A DNA stretch of 53,808 nucleotides from Acidimicrobiia bacterium (GTDB lineage: Bacteria; Actinomycetota; Acidimicrobiia; Spongiisociales; ZC4RG35). Position 1 is the first letter of the stretch. Every line of letters starts with the position of its first letter. The notes beneath the pieces are model-generated. The model made no database searches and was not told where the DNA came from. It was given only the letters and a program-made list of their open reading frames with translations. The position numbers were made by a program, and so were the translations under genes. Below, one piece after another: positions 25,969-33,853 of this stretch. Location: assembly GCA_041599115.1 (NCBI GenBank), contig JBFHXF010000002.1, positions 1-53,808 on the forward strand, written 5' to 3'.

Positions 25969-28485
25969 ATGAAGTGGCTGCGCCGGATTGTCACCGTCTT
26001 GCTCGTCGTCCTCGTGGCGCTGGGCGCCTACGGAATCGTCCTTGTGAGGAAATCCTTCCCACAAACGACAGGAGAAGTTGCCATCCCCGGTCTGGGAAAC
26101 CCGGTGAGGGTGACGAGGGACATAGACGGGGTTCCCCACATATATGCGGAGAGCGCCCGGGACATGTTCATGGCCCAGGGATATGTCGAAGCGCAAGACC
26201 GATTCTGGCAAATGGACGTTTGGCGTCACATCGGAGCCGGGCGTGTCTCCGAGATGTTCGGGAAGAGCCAGATCGAGACCGACATGTTTCTTCGGTCGCT
26301 TGGTTTCGTTGACCTCGCCGAGCAGGAAATGCGATCGATGGACACGCTGACCGGCGAAATACTCCAGTGGTACGCCGATGGGGTGAATGCCTACCTTGCC
26401 CACCACGAGGGCGCCGACATCAGTCTGGAGTACGCCGTTCTCAGGCTGCAGAATCCCGGGTATCGGATCGAGCCCTGGAACCCGGTCAATACCCTGACCT
26501 GGGCAAGACTCATGTCTTGGGACCTCAGCGGAAACATGGCCGACGAGATCGATCGATCGGTGCTCAGTGCCCGAATCCCCCCTGGCCGACTCGAACAGCT
26601 CTATCCGGACTTCCCTGAGGACCATCCTTCGATCATCCCCGCGGGAGTCTCCACCGTCGCCACGAGGCGCCCGGAGCTCCCGCCAGCCGACGCCATCGGC
26701 GCACTTGTCTCCGCGGGAGCAGCGGCACACAAGGTTTGGGATCTGACAGGTGGCGGTTTTCAGGGAATCGGTTCCAACAGCTGGGTGATTGCCGGTTCAC
26801 GGACCCGCACAGGAAAGCCCATTCTGGCGAATGACCCCCACCTTGCCATTCAGATGCCTTCTATCTGGTACGAGATCGGTCTCCATTGCACGACTGACGG
26901 GCCCGACTGCCTTCAGGATCGCATGGGTTTCAGCTTTCCCGGCACTCCCGGGATCGTCGTCGGCCACAACGAGCACATCGCCTGGGGCGTGACCAACGCC
27001 TCGGTCGACACCCAGGATCTGTTCATCGAGAAGATCAACCCCGATGACCCGAACCAATACGAGGTAGACGGCGAGTGGGCTGACATGGAGCTGCGCGATG
27101 AGACCATCGAGGTGGCGGGGAGTGACAGCGTGAATTATCAAGTCCGCTCTACCCGTCACGGACCGGTGATATCAGGGTTGTACTTGGACGAAGGCGCCCT
27201 CGACGGAAGCACCCTCGATCTGCCTGACGACTACGTTGTCGCCCTTTCCTGGCAGACGCTGCATCCGTCCACACTGGTCAATTCGGTCGTCTGGCTCAAC
27301 GAGGCGACGGATTATGAGGACTTCAAGAAAGCCGTGTCACTGTGGGACATAGCTGCACAGAATGTGATCTACGCCGATATCGAGGGGAACATTGCCTTTC
27401 AATCGACGGGTGAGATTCCGATACGAGCACGAGGCGACGGGCGATGGCCCGTGCCCGGATGGAACTCCGAATACGAGTGGACCGGGACAGTGCCAACCGA
27501 TGAGATGCCAGGTCTGCTAAACCCCGAGCGCGGTTACATCGAGACAGCCAACCAGCCGGCCACCCGCCTCGGTGACGGCCCGTTCGAGTCGTTGGACGGC
27601 GACATGGGCTACCGGGCTCAGCGTATCGACGAGCTGATCAACTCACGAGCACTTCATACGGTCGACTCGGTGCAGCGAATGCAGATGGACGCTCACGATG
27701 GCGGAGCCGAGTGGCTGGTCCCTCACCTGCTGAATCTGGGCGGCGGGGACGCGCCCATCGTGGCGACGATTGCCGACTGGGCGAAGGAATCTGAGCCATA
27801 TCAGGCCGGCGCGGATTCAAAAGGTGCGGCTGCATACGAGGTGGTGTGGCGCAATGTGCTCGCCCTCACCTTCGCCGACGAGCTACCGGAAGAGCAGTGG
27901 CCCTATGGCGGAGACCGCTGGTTTGAGGTAGTCCGCCGTCTCCTCGACACGCCCGAGGATGCGTGGTGGGACGATGCAGGTACGCCCGGTGTCGAAACCA
28001 GGGATGACATCCTGGTCGCAGCCCTCGCATCGGCCGGCGACGAACTCGCCGGCATGCTGGGAGTCAACCCGAAGAGATGGGCATGGGGAAAACTCCATGT
28101 CGCCCATTTCGACAACCAGACGCTGGGACAATCCGGGATCGCACCGATCGAATGGCTCTTCAATCGGACGGCACCCCTCCGGGTCGGGGGTGGGCCGGCG
28201 ATCATCAACGCAACCGGTTGGGACGCCGGTCACTCGTACATGGTGGACTGGGTCCCCTCATTCAGGATGGTTGTTGACCTCTCCGATTTCGCCAACTCGA
28301 CCGGGCTACACACCACCGGCCAGTCGGGCCATGCCTACAACGCCCACTATGCGGACATGTTGGGACGATGGGCTGACGGCATCCAGGCACCACTGAGATG
28401 GACCACCGGCCAGGTTGATCGGGACCAGGCCGCCACGCTCACACTCATCCCCACGACTCTTTCAGCGGCGGGACCATCCGGCTGA
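25969..28485 (+). CDS. Penicillin acylase-family Ntn hydrolase (penicillin/AHL acylase-like), N-terminal membrane anchor or signal
   Basis: 838 aa. It has 'DRFWQMD', the autoprocessing/nucleophile site 'GIGSNSWVIAG' and 'ILANDPHL'. The N-terminus is 'MKWLRRIVTVLLVVLVALGAYGIVLV'. Confidence 0.9.
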   Translation: MKWLRRIVTVLLVVLVALGAYGIVLVRKSFPQTTGEVAIPGLGNPVRVTRDIDGVPHIYAESARDMFMAQGYVEAQDRFWQMDVWRHIGAGRVSEMFGKSQIETDMFLRSLGFVDLAEQEMRSMDTLTGEILQWYADGVNAYLAHHEGADISLEYAVLRLQNPGYRIEPWNPVNTLTWARLMSWDLSGNMADEIDRSVLSARIPPGRLEQLYPDFPEDHPSIIPAGVSTVATRRPELPPADAIGALVSAGAAAHKVWDLTGGGFQGIGSNSWVIAGSRTRTGKPILANDPHLAIQMPSIWYEIGLHCTTDGPDCLQDRMGFSFPGTPGIVVGHNEHIAWGVTNASVDTQDLFIEKINPDDPNQYEVDGEWADMELRDETIEVAGSDSVNYQVRSTRHGPVISGLYLDEGALDGSTLDLPDDYVVALSWQTLHPSTLVNSVVWLNEATDYEDFKKAVSLWDIAAQNVIYADIEGNIAFQSTGEIPIRARGDGRWPVPGWNSEYEWTGTVPTDEMPGLLNPERGYIETANQPATRLGDGPFESLDGDMGYRAQRIDELINSRALHTVDSVQRMQMDAHDGGAEWLVPHLLNLGGGDAPIVATIADWAKESEPYQAGADSKGAAAYEVVWRNVLALTFADELPEEQWPYGGDRWFEVVRRLLDTPEDAWWDDAGTPGVETRDDILVAALASAGDELAGMLGVNPKRWAWGKLHVAHFDNQTLGQSGIAPIEWLFNRTAPLRVGGGPAIINATGWDAGHSYMVDWVPSFRMVVDLSDFANSTGLHTTGQSGHAYNAHYADMLGRWADGIQAPLRWTTGQVDRDQAATLTLIPTTLSAAGPSG

Positions 28486-28502
28486 CTCGGATCGCTTCAC
28501 CC

Positions 28503-29402
28503 TCAGCCGACGAAACGGGTGATCTCATCTACCAGTCGATCGGGATGTGTCCACGGGACTTCGTGACGGCCACCAACCAACTCGACGACCCGGGGCCCGG
28601 CCAGTGAACCGGCCAGCTGATACTGCCAGGACGGAGGAACCAACTGATCTTTCGTGGGGATTATCACAAGGGTCTCCGACGCTACTCGCCCTATCCAGGC
28701 CCGTCCATCAAAGCGAAGAAGAGCAAGAGTCGCTTGCGTGCCGGCCTCGATGTCGCGCCTATGGGTTTCCTCCCACAGCCAGCGGGCATGCCGGCGCTCC
28801 ACAGCCCCGGTGGCGAGAAGGTACCCCGACCTGACTTCTGCCGTTCCGAGCCCCGTGAGCCGCTCCCAGGCGCGGGCCACCATCGCACCGACGACTCGCA
28901 AAGTCCGATGCGGCTCGGGTGTGTGGCTGAAGGTGGCGATCAATACCAGTCTGTCCACCCGACCGGGATGACGGTGCGCGATTGCCTGAGCGATGGTGCC
29001 ACCCATGGAGTAGCCGACCACGGTCACCGACGACAGATCGAGCTCATCTAGCACACCGGCCAGGTCGTCTGCAGCCTCTTCGACCTCGAACCGATCACGG
29101 GCCAATGACGAGAGACCGTGGCTGCGATGGTCCACCATCACCACCCGGTATTTCTCGGCCAGGGCAGGGGCGACCCGGTACCACTCGGCGGCTGAGGAGC
29201 CGGCCAGACCGTGAATCAGCAGAAGAACCTTCGCTCCCTCGGGACCCGTCTCACGAACCAGGAATTCCCGATCCCCCACGAAAACCGTATGTCCGGGGCT
29301 CCTCCAGGGATGTTCCTGGGGTGGTCGGAAACGCGGATTGACGATCGGGCCCAGGACCCGCCACAGAATGACGAACGCAATAAGCCTTCTGATGAATCTC
29401 AA
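28503..29402 (-). CDS. Alpha/beta-fold hydrolase with N-terminal membrane anchor
   Basis: 299 aa. It has 'LLLIHGLAGS' and the nucleophile elbow 'VVGYSMGG'. The TTG start overlaps the upstream gene's stop (TTGA). Confidence 0.85.
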   Translation of the reverse strand: MRFIRRLIAFVILWRVLGPIVNPRFRPPQEHPWRSPGHTVFVGDREFLVRETGPEGAKVLLLIHGLAGSSAAEWYRVAPALAEKYRVVMVDHRSHGLSSLARDRFEVEEAADDLAGVLDELDLSSVTVVGYSMGGTIAQAIAHRHPGRVDRLVLIATFSHTPEPHRTLRVVGAMVARAWERLTGLGTAEVRSGYLLATGAVERRHARWLWEETHRRDIEAGTQATLALLRFDGRAWIGRVASETLVIIPTKDQLVPPSWQYQLAGSLAGPRVVELVGGRHEVPWTHPDRLVDEITRFVG

Positions 29403-29854
29403 GGCCTCAAATCTCCCACTACGAAGGTGTACTCGGCAACGGGCACCCCGCCCAGCAGATGCTCGTCGATGATCCGATCCAGCTTGTTGATATCCAGCCC
29501 GGCGTACCAGGTGCCCTCCGGATAGACGACCGCGATACAGCCTTGTTCACAGATCCGAAGGCAATCCACTTTTGAGCGCAACACAGTGCCGTCGCCAGGT
29601 TGGGCGGGGTCTGGATCGATCTCCATGTTCCCCTGCCATTGGGGAGGCGCCGATGTGAGACCCATCCCCTTTAGCCTTTGCTTGAGATGGCTCCACAGCA
29701 TGTTGGTCTCTTCTCTCGGTGCGCATTTCGGATTGGTCTGATCCGCGCAGAGGAAGATGTGACGTTGTGCTCGCGGAATCGACAGAGATTCTGCGATGTT
29801 CTCGAGACGCTCCGTGGACTTCATGCCCTGATGGGTAGCAGAACCATCGCTCAA
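29399..29854 (-). CDS. Thioredoxin-like [2Fe-2S] ferredoxin-domain protein
   Basis: 151 aa. The Cys pattern is 'HIFLCADQTNPKC ... VDCLRICEQGC', followed by 'VVYPEGTWY'. The TTG start at 29854 overlaps the selD stop (TTGA). The ATG at 29824 is an alternative start. Confidence 0.7.
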   Translation of the reverse strand: MSDGSATHQGMKSTERLENIAESLSIPRAQRHIFLCADQTNPKCAPREETNMLWSHLKQRLKGMGLTSAPPQWQGNMEIDPDPAQPGDGTVLRSKVDCLRICEQGCIAVVYPEGTWYAGLDINKLDRIIDEHLLGGVPVAEYTFVVGDLRP

Positions 29855-30876
29855 GGCAAGACAGAGATGCTGTCTCCGGCGGTGATGGTGCCAATCACCG
29901 ATGAGGACGGGAGGGCAGATACGAATCCGTTTGCCTCCTTTTCGGGGAGAGCGACCAGCAGCCCACCTGAGGTCTGGGCGTCAACCAGGATCTTGAGCTT
30001 TTGGGGCTCGACCTTGCTGACAACTTGATCATTCAGGGCTTCGAGATTGCGGCCCGAGCCGCCGGCCCACATTCCGATTTCCAGCAACTCGGCAACGCCG
30101 TCGAGGACCGGGACCGAGCTGTTCTCGACCACGGCACCGACTCGTGAGGCGATGGTCATCTCCCGCAGGTGCCCCAGAAGGCCGAAACCGGTTATGTCGG
30201 TCATGGCGGTGGCCCCTCGTTTGACAGCCTCGATCGAGGCCCTGTCGTTGAGCGCGGCCATGACCTCGATAGCGACACGGGCGAGGTCATCTGGGCAGCG
30301 GTCACGCTTGATCGCCGTGCTGATGATCCCGCTTCCGAGTGGTTTGGTCAGGACAAGGACATCCCCGGGCCGTGCTCCTGCATTTGTCACCACCTGATCG
30401 ATATGGGCGACTCCCGAGACGGCGAATCCATAGTGGGGCTCCGACCCGTCGATGGAATGACCCCCGACAACCGTGCACCCCGCATCGGACATGACATCCA
30501 TCCCGCCCGAGATCACTTCGGCTGCGAGGTCGAACGAAAGTTCATCGCGTGGCCATGCGATGAATTGGAGAGCGGTCAGCGGCATCGCACCCATCGCATA
30601 GACATCACTCAGGGCATTGGCTGCGCTTATCCGGCCCCAGTCGTAGGCCGAGTCGACCACCGGCGCAAAAATGTCGATCGTCTGCACCAGGGCGCGGCCC
30701 TCCCCCAGCGCGAAAACGCCGGCGTCGTCCGCGGTGGCCATGCCGACGATGAGCGCGTCGTTGTGGCTTGCCGGGTGATCTCTAACGGGACGCAGAACCT
30801 GCGCCAGCTCGGTTGGCCCGAGTTTGCAGGCTCAGCCGGCCCCGTGTGAGTATTTGGTGAGTCGAAAGTCGTTCAC
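29851..30876 (-). CDS. selD: Selenide, water dikinase (selenophosphate synthetase), selenocysteine-containing: UGA at 30832-30834 read as Sec
   Basis: The track ORF (29851-30741) lacks the catalytic N-terminus. Reading upstream in the same frame gives (V/M)NDFRLTKYSHGAG-UGA-ACKLGPTELAQVLRPVRDHPASHNDALIVGMATADDAGVF. This aligns with E. coli SelD '[25 protein letters not shown]', with the UGA exactly at catalytic Cys17. The GTG start is at 30876, and total length is 341 aa, as expected for SelD. Confidence 0.9.
30798..30830 (-). promoter_or_regulatory. Candidate bacterial SECIS stem-loop immediately 3' of the selD UGA
   Basis: The mRNA after the UGA reads G CCUGC AAA CUCGG GCCAA CCGAG CUGGC GCAGG. 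The lower stem is CCUGC/GCAGG (5 bp), followed by an internal loop. The upper stem is CUCGG/CCGAG (5 bp) with apical loop GCCAA. The upper stem starts 9 nt after the UGA. Folded by eye only. Confidence 0.5.
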
Positions 30877-30971
30877 ACACCTAGTTAAGCCCTTGCGTGT
30901 GCATAGAAGCGTCCCCCACCCACCCCCATGCACACGCATCGCGTCAGGCGATCGGTAATCTCAGCTGCCCC

Positions 30972-31448
30972 ATGACCGACCAACCCAGCTTTCTGACTGT
31001 GGCTGCTCACCTCCGCATGAAGGAAGAGCTGGAGCACCTCAAGACCGTCGGACGTCGAGAGCTCGAGGAGCGGATCGCCGAGGCGCGATCCCACGGAGAC
31101 ATCCGCGAGAACGCCGACTATGACGCAGCCAAGAACGATCAAGGTCTCATGGAGGCCCGGATCCGCAAGCTCGAGCACATCCTCCACACCGCCGAGGTAC
31201 GCGAGGTCGAGGACACGGGCCAGGTCGTGGTCGGGAGCATCGTCACGGTTGTCGATGAAGACGGTGATGAGATGGACTACTTCGTGGCTCCCCAGGAGAA
31301 CAAGGTCCCCGGACTGCTCCTCGCCTCGCCGACCAGCCCACTTGGAGCGGCGCTATTGGGTGCCGAAGTGGGGCAGTCCGTCGACTATCAGGCGCCCGGC
31401 GGGATCTTCTCGGTGAGGATCAAAGCGGTTCGTCCGTATCAGGGCTGA
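30972..31448 (+). CDS. greA: Transcription elongation factor GreA
   Basis: 'LTVAAHLRMKEELEHLK', 'RSHGDIRENADYDAAKNDQGLMEARIRKLE' and the C-terminal 'VDYQAPGG...V' are canonical GreA. I take the start at ATG 30972 rather than the track start. Confidence 0.92.
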   Translation: MTDQPSFLTVAAHLRMKEELEHLKTVGRRELEERIAEARSHGDIRENADYDAAKNDQGLMEARIRKLEHILHTAEVREVEDTGQVVVGSIVTVVDEDGDEMDYFVAPQENKVPGLLLASPTSPLGAALLGAEVGQSVDYQAPGGIFSVRIKAVRPYQG

Positions 31449-31459
31449 TAGTTCGCCGT

Positions 31460-31987
31460 TCAGCTGCCGATCACAAACTCACCTGACGCCTCGAACGGGC
31501 CTTGATATCGAATCGTGTCACCGTCGATGAGGGACACAAAATGGTGCTGCTCGATGAGGGTCTTTTCTTCGTCAGTCCTGGCCGCCTCGTCCTTCTGGTA
31601 GGCCTCGGCGGCAAGCACATCGTCAAAGACCTCGACACCCCAGGTCGCCGCCCCGTTTTCGATCAAATCCCCGACGAAGTTCTCCAGATCGACGTCGGTG
31701 TACGCACCCTGGGGAATGACGATGTAAAGGACCTCTCCGGCGCCACTTGATTTGCGCGCGATGACCTCATAGCTGTCTACCGCCGACCCCACCAGGACAC
31801 CAACGGTCGTGGTACTGGTGGTGGTCGGGCCGGGAGGGGTCGTGGTCGTGGACTGGCTAACGCCCGCACCATCGCCAATCAGCGACGAGGTGGTGGCCAG
31901 ATCGACAACAGCGTTGTCACAGGCAGCGGTCGCCAGAACCAGGAAAAACGACAAGACAACTATCCGACGCGGTCCGTGCGGCTTCAT
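31460..31987 (-). CDS. Lipoprotein, hypothetical
   Basis: An internal start gives 'MKPHGPRRIVVLSFFLVLATAAC' (lipobox), followed by a Thr/Pro-rich linker and a small globular domain. Confidence 0.55.
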   Translation of the reverse strand: MKPHGPRRIVVLSFFLVLATAACDNAVVDLATTSSLIGDGAGVSQSTTTTPPGPTTTSTTTVGVLVGSAVDSYEVIARKSSGAGEVLYIVIPQGAYTDVDLENFVGDLIENGAATWGVEVFDDVLAAEAYQKDEAARTDEEKTLIEQHHFVSLIDGDTIRYQGPFEASGEFVIGS

Positions 31988-32115
31988 AGGCTTTTCAACG
32001 TAGCTGACTTTCTCGAGGTTCCTGGTAGTCATAGAGGGCCGACCAGACCACGAGCTGGGCAAAGGCGAGCCGGAGCAACTCCCATGGAATGGGGCGGTGA
32101 CCCATGCCCCCGATT

Positions 32116-33846
32116 TCATGAAGTGTCGGGCCGAAAGGCGTTGGTGATGGGAAGCCGTCGATCCTTTCCGAAGGCCTTCGTGGTTATCTTCACGCCAGGA
32201 GCCGCCTGTCTCCTCTTGTATTCATTCCGCCCGACCATCGCCAAGACATTCTCCACCAGGACGCGCTCGTAGCCGGCAGAAACGATCTCGTCGATACCCT
32301 CATCGCGCTCGATGTGCCGCTCGAGGATCGCATCGAGAACTTCATAAGGGGGCAGGGAATCTTGGTCCTTTTGCTCCGGGCGCAACTCAGCCGAAGGCGG
32401 CTTGTCGATGGAGCGCTGCGGGATGACCAAACCATCCTTGTTCCGCCACCGGGCCAGTTCATACACCAGTGTCTTGAACACGTCCTTGAGCACGGCATAA
32501 CCACCGACCATGTCGCCATACAGAGTCGCGTAACCCGCGGCCATCTCCGACTTGTTACCGGTGGCCAGCACCATGGGTCCATGCCGATTCGAAAGAGCCA
32601 TGAGCACCGTCCCTCGTGCTCTCGCCTGAAGGTTCTCTTCTGCCACACCGAATGAGGACCCCCCAAAAACAGGTTCCACGGCTTTGAGAAACGAGCCATA
32701 GATTCCATCGACCGGGATCACGTCGAAACGAATCCCCAAGTTCACGGCGAGTTGACGGGCGTCATCCACCGAATGCTCGGACGAATACCGGGTCGGCATG
32801 GCCACGCCCCATACCGAGCCGGCGCCCAGGGCGTCGCTGGCAATGGTGGCCGTGAGGGCCGAGTCGATCCCGCCTGAGAGGCCGATGACCACCCGTTCGA
32901 AGCCGTTCTTCCTCACGTAGTCCCTGACACCGGTTACGAGTGCCTGATACACCTCTTCGGTGGGATCCAGCAGCTGAGTGATCGAGCCCGCCGTCGCCCG
33001 CTCTCCGGGTAACGGCACATCGACAACGAACAGGTCTTCCTCGAACTGCGGCGATCGATGGATCATCTCCCCTGACCCGTCGAGGGCCAAAGACGCCCCA
33101 TCGAAGACCAGTTCGTCCTGGCCCCCGACGAGATTGAGGTACACGACCGGGACTCCGGCTGCCCGAGCCCGGGCCGCCAGCATGTGTTCTCGCTCTTCCG
33201 CCTTTCCCCTATGAAAAGGGGAAGCATTGATATTCAGCAAGACCTGCGCACCCATTTCGGCCTGGCCGCGGGGTGGGCCATCCGGCGACCAGATGTCTTC
33301 GCAAACCGAGACGCCTACGGCGACGTCGCCGATGCGCCACAGACGATTGGGATCCGCACCTTCGGCGAAATACCGGTCTTCATCGAAAACGCCGTAGTTA
33401 GGAAGCAGCACCTTGTGGTAGATGCCGAGAAGCGAGCCCTCCCGGGCTATCGCGGCCGCATTGGCCACGCGTCTCTCCACGGCGTCCCCCGCCGAACCGG
33501 TCGGAGCCTCCACCCGGTCTACAAAGCCGACGACAACCGTGGTCCTGCCACTCGCCTCGGCGATCCGCTCGAGAACGTCCAGACCGGCAGCGACGAAGTC
33601 ATCGCGTAGGACGAGATCTTCAGGCGGGTATCCACTGATCGCCAATTCGGGCAAAAGGAGGACGTCGGCCCTCTCTGCCTCTGCCCACGCCATAGAGTCG
33701 AGGATCCTGATCTCGTTGCCGGACAAATCCCCGACGACGAGATTGAGTTGGGCGCACGCGACCCGCAGTGGCATCTCCTCACGATACGCCCCGTACGCTT
33801 GTGGGGTGAACCGGGAGCCAAACATAGAGGTACCAGAGTTCGCCAA
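32116..33846 (-). CDS. nadE: Glutamine-dependent NAD+ synthetase
   Basis: 576 aa. It has an N-terminal CN-hydrolase domain ('LLPELAISGYPPEDL', 'VCEDIW') and a C-terminal NAD synthetase domain with the P-loop 'GLSGGIDSAL'. The start is TTG at 33846, with the ATG at 33825 as an alternative. Confidence 0.93.
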   Translation of the reverse strand: MANSGTSMFGSRFTPQAYGAYREEMPLRVACAQLNLVVGDLSGNEIRILDSMAWAEAERADVLLLPELAISGYPPEDLVLRDDFVAAGLDVLERIAEASGRTTVVVGFVDRVEAPTGSAGDAVERRVANAAAIAREGSLLGIYHKVLLPNYGVFDEDRYFAEGADPNRLWRIGDVAVGVSVCEDIWSPDGPPRGQAEMGAQVLLNINASPFHRGKAEEREHMLAARARAAGVPVVYLNLVGGQDELVFDGASLALDGSGEMIHRSPQFEEDLFVVDVPLPGERATAGSITQLLDPTEEVYQALVTGVRDYVRKNGFERVVIGLSGGIDSALTATIASDALGAGSVWGVAMPTRYSSEHSVDDARQLAVNLGIRFDVIPVDGIYGSFLKAVEPVFGGSSFGVAEENLQARARGTVLMALSNRHGPMVLATGNKSEMAAGYATLYGDMVGGYAVLKDVFKTLVYELARWRNKDGLVIPQRSIDKPPSAELRPEQKDQDSLPPYEVLDAILERHIERDEGIDEIVSAGYERVLVENVLAMVGRNEYKRRQAAPGVKITTKAFGKDRRLPITNAFRPDTS

Positions 33847-33853
33847 GGGGGCG

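Noticed and set aside
25882-26730. 282-aa ORF antisense to the penicillin acylase gene. Similar shadow ORFs occur at 36519-37232, 44846-45832, 46536-47204, 51676-52767 and 53096-53776.
   Set aside because: Each overlaps a sense-strand gene that has strong family motifs. The translations are Arg/Gly/Pro-rich and show no recognisable domains.
30885-31187. 100-aa minus-strand ORF in the selD-greA region
   Set aside because: It is antisense to greA, which has canonical motifs, and is out of frame with selD. The true selD N-terminus is in the frame containing the UGA.
33422-33853. N-terminal 144-codon extension of the glnE ORF
   Set aside because: It lies inside the divergently transcribed nadE coding region and translates to low-complexity Ser/Arg/Ala sequence. 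GlnE-like sequence begins only after about 33854.
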